DNA of 64,000 nt from Podarcis liolepis (lineage: Eukaryota): assembly GCA_965112155.1 (NCBI GenBank), contig OZ218104.1; one strand, given 5' to 3'. The notes below the pieces were generated by a model, which was given only the letters and a program-made list of their open reading frames with translations, did no database searches and was not told the origin of the DNA. A program made the translations under genes and the position numbers. The first letter of the stretch is position 1. Every line of letters begins with the position of its first letter. Of the stretch, positions 24,946 through 36,573 are shown in pieces.

Positions 24946-25302
24946 GTTTTTCAGCCATTAATTCACCACATGACCAGAGACAAGCCATGCTTGCCATCAG
25001 TCTCCTTTCTGCAACGCAAAGATTATCCTACTAGGCTACTGCGCTAAGTAAACATGAACAAAGGCTCTGGACTCGCCAGTCTATGAATACTCAGGGTTAT
25101 CATTACTTAGTCCTCACCAACCTGGCAACCTCCAGAAAGTCTTGGGCTACAACTCTCATCAGCCCCGGCCAGCACACCTGTCCAAAACATCTGTATGGCA
25201 CCAGGTTTGCCAAGGTTGAGTTATTTGACTTGGTTCTTGGGGAAAACGAGGGCTATTCGACAATGACAGCAAGCCCTCTGCTAGCAAATGTTAATCAGCA
25301 GT

Positions 25303-25685
25303 AGGGATGCAGGTGGCACTGTGGTCTGAACCACTGAGCCTCTTGGGCTTGCTGATCAGAAGGTTGGCGGTTCGAATGCCCATGACGGGGTCAACTCCCG
25401 TTGCTCTGTCCCAGCTCCTGCCAACCTAGCAGTTCAAAAGCATGCCAGTGCAAGTAGATAAATAGGTACTGCTGCAGTAGGAAGGTAAACAGCGTTTCCA
25501 TGTGCTCTGGTTTCTGTCACAGTGTCCTGTTGTGCCAGAAGTGATTTAGTCCTGCTGGCCACATGACCTGGAAAGCTGTCTGTGGACAAACGCCGGCTCC
25601 CTCGGCCTGAAAGCGAGATGAGCGCCGCAACCCCATAGTTGCCTTTGACTGGACTTAACCATCCAGGGGTCCTTTACTTTTTACC
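25303..25685 (+). mobile_element. Sauria SINE, longer subfamily
   Basis: Same head and body with extra internal segments. TSD TAATCAGCAGT at 25292-25302 and 25686-25696. Confidence 0.9.
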
Positions 25686-26621
25686 TAATCAGCAGTGCAA
25701 GTTTGGGATGACAATTCCCTAGTTGTAGTCCTTGGAAATCCCTTGATGTGGTGAGGATTTGCCTTCCACTTTGTGCAGGGATGCTCCATTGCAACCCATA
25801 CAATTGCCTTCCACCTCCCCACCCTGCGTGATAGGAATGCAGAAGTTGCAAGACGGAATTTGGTCCCGCATGGAGGGTCGTTGTCACCATGAATCGCCTG
25901 TCCCCAAGGAAGGGAAGGATACAAAGAACTCAGGGCCATGGTAGGATGGAAAACAAACACCTTTCTGCCGCTGCCGTGCCAGTCCTTGCTCGCCTGCCTG
26001 CCTGCCTGCTTGCCTGCCTGCCTGGCTCGCCATAAATCATTTGTTCCCAGGCCAGGGAGGGAGTTTCAGCCACTGTGCTGGGGATGTATGAGTCCTGTTT
26101 GCTGCTCCCTGCAGGTGATGTGAGCCTTGGCGCTATCCAGATGCTGAATTGCTCCCAGAAGGAGAACATTAACATTTCTCCCCCCCCCCCTCCCCCAGTT
26201 GCTCGCTGTCAAGCGTTCCTGGCGTCACAACCCCTTTCATCAAGCTGACATGTGGTTTTCTGGGAATCACTCACATTTAGTGTCAGAAGACACGGTCCCC
26301 CTCGGGGGTCCCAGCCCGAGGCTTGCAAGGAGAGCAAACGGCAGAGACTGGCAGGGACGGCAAAAGCATACGGGGATCTCTACTGGAAGAAGAGGAGATC
26401 TGGCAATCCCAGCCATGGAAGAACAGAGTTCTGAGCAAGGGAAAGGGTTGGGCCAAGGGGCCAAAGGGGCTGGAGGCCCACAGTGTGTGTATGTGTGTTG
26501 CCCAGGTGGCAAATTGTGCTGAGGGAGAGAGGAGAGGAGAAATTTAGGGGAGCTGCCTAAGCCATACTCCCACCCCTAAACAAAATGCAAACCCAAATAT
26601 TCCCATTCTGAAAAATGCATC

Positions 26622-27407
26622 TGTCAGGGCTGCCTCAGGTCCCAGCTCACAAAAGGACCAACGCCAGCTTCTCTTTATATACAAAAGTGTTTATTGCAGT
26701 TCATTTTCCGTTACACAGCCGCAGCGCGCAGCCCTACGTCTGTTACGCTAGACCGCTGAAGTCCCCTCTGACTCAGTCCCTCCCCTGCACCAGTTTAGGA
26801 GCGTCGCTCTGCTCCACCTCCTTCTTTCTCCCCTTTTCCGCAGGGTCTTCCTGCCCGCTGGGGTTTCGCCCCTCCTGGATTCCTCTGACGCTGAAGATTC
26901 CCCAGATTGCTCCCCCTCCCTCCGGCGGGCTTTAGGACCTGGCTCCCCATCCGGGCTCTCTGTTTCCCCGCGCGCCTGCACATTTGAACTTGGCGCGCGC
27001 GCGCAGCTCCCAACCTTCCTTCTGATCGTTACACTACTCCCCTCACTGCTCCCCCCTCCTTCCGGGAGGATGGCTTGTTCTGACCTTCCCTCCTTTCCTG
27101 CTGACGGAGCTGTTTCCCCTTGCACACTGGAACTCCCCCCCCCCCTTCGCCACTCTCTGGTGGGGAAGCTGGTCCCGACCTCCAGCTGCCGCTTTGGGAT
27201 TCCCCGCTGGGCTCTTGCCCCTGATGCGTCCCCCCTGGGACTCCCCTTGTCTTGACCACAGGCGCCCCTTTCTGGGAATCCTCTGATTTGCTGGAGAGGC
27301 TCATGGAGTCCCTCGGATCACTGTCATCCTCCTCGCTGCCCTCGGATTCCTCCCAATCGCTCTCCATCTCCTGCCTCCCCTGTGCCTCTGCCTCTGAACC
27401 CCTGACA
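26622..27407 (-). mobile_element. Solo LTR (probably Gypsy), 786 bp
   Basis: TG...CA ends with inverted TGTCAGGG/CCCTGACA. Perfect 5-bp TSD GCATC at 26617-21 and 27408-12. Minus-strand AATAAA at 26690-95. CpG-rich. Confidence 0.88.
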
Positions 27408-27636
27408 GCATCCATCTCCAAATTTTGCAAGGCAGTTTTCCAGCCAATGAATGTGTACAAAAAAGACATTGGCTGAATGGGAACAAATAAAATAAAATAA
27501 GTAAAACCTGTATATTAATGAAAATGCACGATATTGCAGGTAGTTTGTGACGTGCAGGCCTGTTTTGTTCATTGATGATGACTACATTGATTTGCAGTTT
27601 TGTATTCATTTTCGTGAATTGCATAGAGGCTGTTTG

Positions 27637-27656
27637 TAGTAGTAGTAGTAGTAGTA

Positions 27657-27693
<37 letters not shown>
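27637..27693. repeat. (TAG)n(TAA)n microsatellite
   Basis: Direct observation. Confidence 0.95.
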
Positions 27694-27695
<2 letters not shown>

Positions 27696-28529
27696 TTTCC
27701 CATTGAACGGTGTCTTCCCATTCCATGCTGAGTTATTCTACTGGATTTTGCTCCCTTCCTGTGTTACACTGGGTGATTATGCTACTTTTGTCAGGGGATG
27801 GCGATTAAACAGAGCATTCTCAGAGTATGAGCAGCTAAATAGCGGCAGCAAAACCCAGTGGCTCTGTAAAAGCCTCAAAAAGTGCAGGCAGAGGGGGCTG
27901 AGCAGGAGGTCTAGGGACACCTCTGGACCCACTGTGCTCCATAGAGATGCTTCACATACCATTGTGGGATCCTTGTCATTGAAGCCCAGGTCACCCAAGA
28001 TCAAGGCTAATGGATACTTGCCCCCCTCTCCTATAATGTTGTCCCCCAGTGTGAATGATGGGGATGAATGGCAGTCATTTGCTTACAGGGCAGAAAGTAA
28101 TGAGTTTGTTCAGAGACACTGCCAACCCTGGTGAGAATACTGAGGTTTAGTCTGCCCCTGGAGATCCTAAGAAACAGGAGACAGCCAGGTTTCAGGCTTG
28201 TTGGAGCTACTTTCCTCCCCCCCCTTCAATAGAACTCTGAGCTCTCCCAAGTGAGGCCAGGTGAAAAGACATAGAATTTAAGGACCAGGTAGCACCACTG
28301 AGCCTAGTATGAACCGGGGGGTTTCTTTTCAGCAGAACTGAGCTCACAGCGCTTTTTCATAAAACATCCACACTCCTGGTTAGCTTCCTTTATTTTGAAA
28401 GCCAAATTTAATTTTGCTGCTGCTAGGTCAGAAACCTTTGCCAATCTGCTGCAAATCATTCGGAGGCCGAACTACCTGTTGCTTTGAAACCACCTTTCTG
28501 CAAAAAGTCTGCACTGAGGCTCAAGAGAT

Positions 28530-28698
28530 CCCAGGCTGTGCATGCAGAATGTCTCAGGCTGAACCCCAGTGAGCTCCACGTTAGGGATGGAGAAGACTTC
28601 TGCCTGAGACATAGGCAGTCACTGCTGAATGGTGTAGGCACCAGTGAACTACATGGACCAACGGCCTAATGCTAAAAGCCAGCTTCCTATGTTCTTAT
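28530..28698 (+). mobile_element. Old tRNA-derived squamate SINE (Squam2-like)
   Basis: TGCATGCAGAA..CAGG...AAGACT.CTGCCTGA...ATGGACCAA...CAGCTTCCTATGTT. Related copies at 44008, 48000, 54968, 57082, 58541. Confidence 0.6.
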
Positions 28699-29368
28699 GA
28701 CATAAAGGAGGGAGCGTTGGGCAGAATGATGGAAACTGGTTTTATAGGCTGCAATTATTTTATGCAATGCAGAAACACACATGCACACACCTCCCAGCAG
28801 TGGGGAGGTTGATGCCTCCAGCGCTTTGTGCTAGTCTTGGATGGGGAAATGCGGGAGGGTCTTTTTTTCCAAGGCCTGCATTTGTCATTTGCAGCTGCAG
28901 GGACAAAAGCCACTGTGAGTATTTGCATAAACACCTGGCACCAAGCAGCTGTCAACACCATAATTCTTCCAGTCCCACATTTCATTTCTCCTGAAGTAGA
29001 AAACAGTGGGGGAGTGATGGATGGCCTTCTGCCGTGGAATGGGGACCTGTTTGCTGTGCAAGAAGCAGGGCAGGTGGGGGCCCTTCCTTCACTCCCCCCG
29101 CCTTAGCTGGCCTGGAGGTTTTATTGCATCACCTTTGCTGGGCAAAAGGGAAGACCTTCCCTTCCTGCTTTGAGCTGACAAGAGCCTTCTGTGGCTCAGG
29201 CCTCACTGGGACTTGACACTCGACACTTGAGTATCTGCCAGTCCCACAGCCCATAATAACACATGATCGGGGTGAGGAGAGCTGGGAGCCAAGCCACACC
29301 TGAAGGACATTTTATTGGCCACCCCTGTTCAAAGACAGTCTTTCGCAACTTGGTTCCTTCCAGATGTA

Positions 29369-30823
29369 CAGTGAGGGGGGGAAAGTATTTGATACCCTGC
29401 TAAATTTGCCCATTTACTCGACCTGAAGGTTTGAGTACCTACACATCAGCCTCGAAATCTTACTGACTTGGAGAGGATCTGCTAAGAGGAGTGGGACAAA
29501 ATACCTCCTGAGATGGGTGCAAACCTGGTGGCCACCTACAAGAAACGACTGACCTCTGTAATTGCCAACAAGGGTTTTGCCACCAGGTACTGGAGAAGAG
29601 TGACTAGTGGGGTGCCACAGGGTTCTGTCTTGGGCCCGGTCTTATTCAACATCTTTATCAACGACTTGGATGATGGACCAAATTTGCAGATGACACCAAA
29701 TTTGATCAAATTTGCAGATGACACCAAACTGGGAGGGGTGGCTAACACCCCAGAGGACAGGATCACACTTCAAAATGACCTTGACAGATTAGAGAACTGG
29801 GCCAAAACAAACAAGATGAACTTTAACAGGGAGAAATGTAAAGTATTGCACTTGGGCAAAAAAAAAATGAGAGGCACAAATACAAGATGGGTGACACCTG
29901 GCTTGAGAGCAGTACATGTGAAAAGGATCTAGGAGTCTTGGTTGACCACAAACTTGACATGAGCCAACAGTGTGACGCGGCAGCTAAAAAAGCCAATGCA
30001 ATTCTGGGCTGCATCAATAGGAGTATAGCATCTAGATCAAGGGAAGTAATAGTGCCATTGTATTCTGCTCTGGTCAGACCTCACCTGGAGTACTGTGTCC
30101 AGTTCTGGGCACCACAGTTCAAGAAGGACACTGACAAACTGGAACGTGTCCAGAGGAGGGCAACCAAAATGGTCAAAGGCCTGGAAACAATGCCTTATGA
30201 GGAACGGCTAAGGGAGCTGGGCATGTTTAGCCTGGAGAAGAGGAGGTTAAGGGGTGATATGATAGCCATGTTCAAATATATAAAAGGATGTCATATAGAG
30301 GAGGGAGAAAGGTTGTTTTCTGCTGCTCCAGAGAAGCAGACACGGAGCAATGGATCCAAACTACAAGAAAGAAGATTCCACCTAAACATTAGGAAGAACT
30401 TCCTGACAGTAAGAGCTGTTCGACAGTGGAATTTGCTGCCAAGGAGTGTGGTGGAGTCTCCTTCTTTGGAGGTCTTTAAGCAGAGGCTTGACAACCATAT
30501 GTCAGGAGTGCTCTGATTGTGTTTCCTGCTTGGCAGGGGGTTGGACTCGATGGCCCTTGTGGTCTATTCCAACTCTATGTTTCTATGATTCTATGATTCT
30601 ACTAAGTCATCTTTTGCAAAAGGGATCAAATACTTATTTCATTCGTTATAATGCACATCAATCTCTTGACTTTTGGCTTCTGGGTTTCTGGGGGTTTTCC
30701 TGTTGTTATTCTGCCTCTCACAGCTACAATAAAACTACCAGTAAAATTATGGACTGGCCATTTCTTTGTCAGAGGGCACTCAGGCAAATTTAGCAGGGGA
30801 TCAAATACTTTTTGCCCTCACTG
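29369..30823 (+). mobile_element. Internally deleted Tc1 transposon (IR/DR type) containing a CR1 insertion
   Basis: TA TSD. ~41-bp terminal match CAGTGAGGG..AAAGTATTTGAT.CCCTGCTAAATTTGCC at both ends. Transposase C-terminus [47 protein letters not shown] at 29447-29590. GGGATCAAATACTT occurs twice in the right arm. Confidence 0.88.
29591..30600 (+). mobile_element. Young 5'-truncated CR1 LINE (RT C-terminal half)
   Basis: [30 protein letters not shown], and the 209-aa ORF 29887-30516 ([17 protein letters not shown]...). (TTCTATGA)n tail. One frameshift at the A run 29858-29867. Confidence 0.95.
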
Positions 30824-32074
30824 TATTGGACTACAACTACAACTGCAGCCAGCAGTTGCCATTGGGGAGGTTTGCTTCCCCAGGTCAGGAAGTCTGGATC
30901 CTGGAGCTTCAGCAAGGAAGCTCAGGTTTTGGATCTTGGCTAGGAGTTTGAGGCCCTGATCTAAGCATGTGCTTCCCTGCCCTCCTGAGTGGCCTCATGC
31001 ACAGCCAGCTGGGCACTTCGACAGCAGCCCTGAAGCTGCTTCCTCACTCAGCATCTCCTCCGCTCCTGTGGCTGGTGGAGGGAGAAGTTAAGGGGGCTCT
31101 GGGAGCTGGGCAGGAACCCAGGCAGTTGGTGTGAGGACCTCCAGTCCTCTTGGGCCATGTATGTAGAGATCCAAGTACCCTTCAGAGTCACTGGTAGGGT
31201 GGAGGTCTCCTGAGATGTGGTGGTGGCAGCGGTTCTCTTCCCCCTGCTCCTTCTCTGAGAGTCCTCAGTTTCCAAGCAACTGGCCAGAGATGAGCCTTTT
31301 TTTGCAGCTCACACTATCCAGTGTTCAGTCAGCTTTGGAGCAAGACTTGTGCCAATCAAGCGCTAGTCTTTGGTCTTCTTCATAGCCCAAAGCTTTTAGA
31401 ATACCAGGAAACCACTTGGGCTCCAGTATGCCAATGAGGAGCCCATTTCATCTCACCATCCCATAACGAGACCAGGGCTTCGACAGCACCATCTGCTTTC
31501 TCCCCTGGAAAATCCACCCCCCCCAAGTGTTCAGTGACACCTTTATAGATGCACAATCATTCTCAACTCACTACCTAGTCATCGTTCCTCCACAGGAGTT
31601 GGTGCAGAGGTAACTATTGCTTAAAACAACTTGCTTTTTTAAAAAACTTATTGAATTTGATCACCCTGTTTCTTTTATTTTTGCGTGGCTCGGGGGGGGG
31701 GGAGATGCAGAACCTTGAGCATCTGAGCTGCTAGTAACGGCTCTGCTGCTGCTGCTGCTTTTATCTGCTCCTGTCCGGAGCTGACACACTCCTCACTGAC
31801 CTTCTCCCTCAAGCAAACCATTTATCTCCAGAGAAGATCTACTTGAGGGGGGTGGCAGCGACAGCTCCCTCCTGGGGCACCTGAGAGGCAGGCAGGTGGT
31901 CCCTGGTTCAATCTGTGACAGCTCCTCTTACAAGGATGTCAAGGGGGAACAGCAGCAGGAGAGCTGAGCTGTTTCTCAGGGCAAATGAATGGGCAGCCAG
32001 AAGCAGCCATCCAGGTGTCCAACCGGGTCCGTGTTTCATGCGGTTGCACATCAGACAGAAACAGCGCAGGCTGG

Positions 32075-32420
32075 ACCTGCAAAGCTAGCAGCCAAAATAA
32101 GAGAACTTAAGGACGACGGTTTTATGGAAGAATGGAAGCCTTTTCTGGGCTATTTAAAGACCTATTATAATATGACGAATATTATAATGTGATGATGAGC
32201 AGGATTTGAACTATAGAGCAACAGAAATAATTAGAGATTATTGTATTATTGTATTATAGTTATGACAAAAAAGAGTGAAGATGGGGTAAAGCAAGACAGA
32301 ATAATAATAATAATAATAAACCCCCGGAAAATGAAATGGGAAGTCAGTAAAACAAAAGAAAAAATTATTATGTATTGGAATTTTATGTGAAATTTGTGGA
32401 AATTTTATAAAATATATTGA
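32075..32420 (+). mobile_element. L1-clade LINE 3' end
   Basis: AKLAAKIRE...FMEEWKPFLGYL resembles squamate L1 ORF2 C-terminus. AT-rich 3'UTR running into an A-rich microsatellite. Confidence 0.65.
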
Positions 32421-32463
<43 letters not shown>

Positions 32464-32508
32464 GAAGGAAGGAAGGAAGGAAGGAAGGAAGGAAGGAAGG
32501 AAGGAAGG
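32420..32508. repeat. (GAAA)n(GGAA)n microsatellite
   Basis: Direct observation. Probably derived from the L1 poly(A) tail. Confidence 0.95.
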
Positions 32509-33236
32509 ACAGGCTGGAAGTTTCCTCTGTGGAAGCAAACAAACATGTCTTGTCATCTCCGGTGAAATTTGCTGATTTTAGAGGTGCCTGGTGTTGATTC
32601 TGCGGAGATTTGTGTAAGGAAGGCTTCAATGAACACAATGTGCAGGGTGCTGTCCCCCTTGCCTCCTCCCCTCACATTCCTGGGTTTTCTTTTCTGCTTT
32701 TAAATCCAATTAAATTAAGATACCAGAACCAAATAAGGCTCTGCTGCTCATTAACGGGCCTTTTATCTTAATGACTACAGCGACCAAAATTACTCTCTAA
32801 TTCTGACGGTATTGTTTTGCTGCCTGCCTCTATATCAGAGGACATTAATTTCAACCTGTGACAATAAGTGGGCAGGGTGGAAGAAAACTGCTTCAAATTA
32901 AGGGGGGGGGGGAGAGCGAGCGAGAAAATGAACAGGTGGCCGCCTCGTCCACCGGACCTCATGTCCAGGGGGCACTGGGCAACAAGCCCCCTCATCAGCC
33001 CCTCCCTCAGCCTGAGGGGACCCTCAGCCAGCCACTACCAGCCAAGGGAGACCCGGGTCCCAGGGGCAGCTGAAGCCTTGCTGCAAAACACAAGGCACAA
33101 AGCTGAAAATAGACTGAACCACAGTTCCCATTGCAACTGTACCACCTGCTTGGTGGCCCCTCCATTTGTGAAATGGATGAGGAGGGTTTGGCATGTTCTT
33201 CATGCACCCAGAATTGCACGGGTCTGGGGTTGGGGT

Positions 33237-33588
33237 AAAGGTAAAGGGACCCCTGACCATTAGGTCCAGTTGTGGCCGACTCTGGGGTTGCGGCACTCAT
33301 ATCACTTTACTGGCCGAGGGAGCCGGCGTACAGCTTCCAGGTTATGTGGCCAGCATGACTAAGCCGCTTCTGGTGAACCAGAGCAGCGCACAGAAATGCC
33401 GTTTACCTTCCCGCCAGAGCGGTACCTATTTATCTATTGTCCACTTTGACGTGCTTTCGAACTGCTAGGTTGGCAGGAGCAGGGACCGAGCAGCGGGAGC
33501 TCACCCCGTTGCGGGGATTTGAACCGCCGACCTTCTGATCGGCAAGTCCTAGGCTCTGTGGTTTAACCTACAGTGCCACCCGCGTCCC
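33237..33588 (-). mobile_element. Sauria SINE, full length
   Basis: TSD CTGGGGTTGGGGT at 33224-33236 and 33589-33601. Head and (ACCTTT) tail on the minus strand. Confidence 0.93.
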
Positions 33589-33617
33589 CTGGGGTTGGGG
33601 TGTTCAAAAACCCATTA

Positions 33618-33848
33618 CAATGGTACCTTGGGTTACAGACGCTTCAGGTTACAGATGCTTCAGGTTACAGACTCCGCTAACCCAGAAATAGTACCTCGGG
33701 TTAAGAACTTTGCTTCAGGATGAGAACAGAAATCGTGCAGTGGCAGCGGGAGGCCCCATTAGCTAAAGTGGTACCTCAGGTTAAGAACAGTTTCAGGTAA
33801 AGAACAGACCTCCAGAACAAATTAAGTTCTTAACCCGAGGTAGCACTG
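33618..33848. mobile_element. pogo/Tigger-like MITE (same family as 3436-3661)
   Basis: TA TSD. Colinear with 3436-3661, plus one extra GCTTCAGGTTACAGA unit. Confidence 0.88.
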
Positions 33849-34049
33849 TACTATTTCTGCAGCTAAGTCCCTGTTTCCATCATCCTAGAGCCTCCCCCAA
33901 ATAACACGAAAGGCGTTCTTTCTAGCCACTAAGAAGTAGTTTTCTCCTTTCCTTGTGCTGTTTGGAGCCAATCAGAGTGAAAGGGGGTGAGGACTGGCTC
34001 CTAGGGCCACTCTCTGGAGAAGGCGTGCAGGAAGAACAAAGAGGAATCA

Positions 34050-34203
34050 GACCGGATGGCTCAGTTGGTTTGAGCATGATGCTGATAACGCCGAGGTCAC
34101 AGTTTCGATACCTGTATGGGGGGGGGCAGCTGCATTTTCCTGCCTTGCAGGGGACTGAACTATATGATCCTCAGGGTCCTTTCCAACTCTACAATTCTAT
34201 GAA
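34050..34203 (+). mobile_element. tRNA-Ile-headed SINE with CR1 tail
   Basis: GGCTCAGTTGGTT..GCTGATAACGCC..TTCGATACC head. CCAACTCTACAATTCTATG tail. Confidence 0.75.
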
Positions 34204-34396
34204 TCATCATTCTGTACTCTCCAAGAGGCAAGCATTTAGTTACGCTGAAAAAGCAAGGGGGGTTTCACAGGAGAGCAGTGCACAAATTCTGTCATGTGCA
34301 ATGGAACTTTGGGGAAAGCGCAACTTAAGTCACTCTGAAAAAAGAAACTGGAGTAGTCCAAATCATTTGCCCATGTATGTGCACAGGAAATTGTAA

Positions 34397-34775
34397 TAAT
34401 AAGAATAAGAATTTATTATTTATACCCCGCCCATCTGGCTGGGTTTCCCCAGCCACTCTGGGCGGCTTCCAACAGAACACTAAAATACAATAACCCATTA
34501 AACATTAAAAGCTTCCCTAAACAGGGCTGCCTTCAGATGTCTTCTAAAAGTTTGGTAGTTATTTTTCTCTTTGACATCTGGTGGGAGGGTGTTCCACAGG
34601 GAGGGTGCCATTACCGAGAAGGCCCTCTGCCTGGTTCCCTGTACTTGGCTTCTCGTAGCGAGGGAACCGCCAGAAGGCCCTCGGCGCTGGACCTCAGTGT
34701 CTGGGCGGAACGATGGAGGTGGAGACACTCCTTCAGGTATACTAGACCAAGGCTTTAAAGGTCAGCACCAACACA
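34397..34775 (-). mobile_element. L2 LINE 3' end
   Basis: Minus ORF RAFSVMAPSLWNTLP...TFRRHLKAALFREAF. 3' stem-loop GCCGCCCAGAG...GATGGGCGGGG and AATAA-type tail. Confidence 0.88.
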
Positions 34776-35748
34776 CCTGTGAGGGTGTGTTGCTGTGAGT
34801 ACCATGAATCTGCCACTCCCCTCCTGCCTGTCACTCACATTCAGACATGGCAGGCAGTCCTAGTATGCCTGGCAGGATCAGAAACCCTCCAATCTCAGCA
34901 GCACGGATGGAGTTAACGCATGTGAATTTAGGAGGACAAAAAAAAAAAAGTCCCTAAATACATTTTAATGAGCTTCCTTAGAGGAAGGGGATGGGAGTTA
35001 AAACTTCAAGGGACAGCGAGGGCTGAACTCATCCTTTGTGCCTCAGTGGGGGGAGTGAGTGCTGCTCGTCACTCTTCTGCCTCTTGAAAGGGAAGAAAAA
35101 ACCTCCCCCCCTTCCCGACATTCAGGTGGAGGTGACTGTTTTCTCGCTCCCTCTTTTCAAACTCCACATGCGAGCCTAATAGAGCTGTCTAGGTCAAACT
35201 CCCCAGACGCTCTGCTTGTTTCTTCAATTTCTGAGCACTTCAGAAAAGAAAGGAAAAGGTGATCTGGGGAACGGAGAGCACTCCTCTCCGCAGAGCCCTC
35301 ATTTGTAACTGCGCCACTGAAGGCACCGTCAAACAGAGGGAGGGGGCTGCTTGAGACCCCAAACCAATGGCAGGTGCTTCTGGAAGGAATCGAGGAAGGT
35401 AGAAGACACCCAGGGAACAGTGAAGCCAGGACAGGGTGTTTTCCTGTGTAAGTGTGTTGCTCTGTTTATCTTTATTTCTCTCTTTCTCTCTTTCTCACTC
35501 ACACATTCCAACAGGACTCTGGAGACAGAGATGGGCCTTGCACCCCCAGGCCCATTCAAATCCTTCCAGGAGAGGCGATGGCAAAGGTCATCTCCTGGAC
35601 CTCACACCTCCCTGGCCTGTTTCCTGTTAAATGGACTTGAGAGAGTCCCTTCGGCATGAGGACCACTTTTGCAGCCATGGCTCAAGGCTGGTCAAGAGGA
35701 GGCAGGGACATTTTCAAGAGTCTCCAGGGGGCTCACCCCACCCATGTA

Positions 35749-35938
35749 AGGATGCCAACTTGAATAAAATATGGGGGAGGGGAGGTAAGGCCCCACCCCA
35801 CATAACTGATCACAAGACGCGGTGGATGTACACCATTTGAATGTCAATGCCCATCAACTTTGGGGAGGGCCAGCCCCCTCAAATATTTTATTGGGAGGTG
35901 TGTGCAAAAGGACTTTGGTCCCTGGAGATGGCTCCTAT
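35749..35938. mobile_element. Probable non-autonomous DNA transposon remnant
   Basis: Ends TAAGGATGCCAACT / AGATGGCTCCTA are loosely inverted. Internal AATAAAATAT / ATATTTTATT inverted pair. Confidence 0.4.
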
Positions 35939-36236
35939 CCCCCATGTCTTCTGTATTCCCCCCCAAATCTCCTACCTCATCTTTCCATTTTTCAGAATTT
36001 TTTTCAACTAAAAACACCACCCCCTTTAAAAACCATTTTCCCCCTTTTTACTTTGTTCACCAAGGTGCCTGGGGGTCTGCAAAGCACTGGGCTGCTGAGT
36101 GCCCCCCCTCACCCGCTACCAGTCAATGCCATCTTCATTTGCCCAGAGGCACTCTTTACATGCACGTCCATTTGCATCTTGGGCATACACTCAGAGCCCT
36201 CATAAGTACCTAGCAACACCCTCTATTCACAAGTTA

Positions 36237-36573
36237 AAGGTAAAGGGACCTCTGACTGTTGGGTCCAGTCGCGGACGACTCTGCGGTGCTCATCTCACTT
36301 TATTGGCCAAGGGAGCCGCTGTACAGCTTCCAAGTCATGTGGCCAGCATGACAAAGCTACTTCTGGCGAACTAGAGCAGTGCATGGAAATGCCGTTTACC
36401 TTCCTGCCAGAGCGGTACCTATTTATCTACTTGCACTGTGTGCTTTCAAACTGCTAGGTTGGCAGGAGCAGGGACCGAGCAACGGGAGCTCACCCTGTCG
36501 CGGGGATTTGAACCTCCGACCTTCTGATCAGCAAGCACTAGGCTCTGTGGTTTAACCCACAATGCCACCTGCG
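36237..36573 (-). mobile_element. Sauria SINE
   Basis: TSD TCACAAGTTA at 36227-36236 and 36574-36583. Confidence 0.92.

Noticed and set aside
26748-27469. Acidic/Ser-rich minus-strand ORFs (125 and 146 aa)
   Set aside because: Lie inside a purine-skewed solo LTR; low complexity with no domain.
32955-32985. CTCF-like motif (TCCAGGGGGCAC) and scattered REST half-sites
   Set aside because: Partial matches expected by chance; cannot be supported without PWM scoring or ChIP data.
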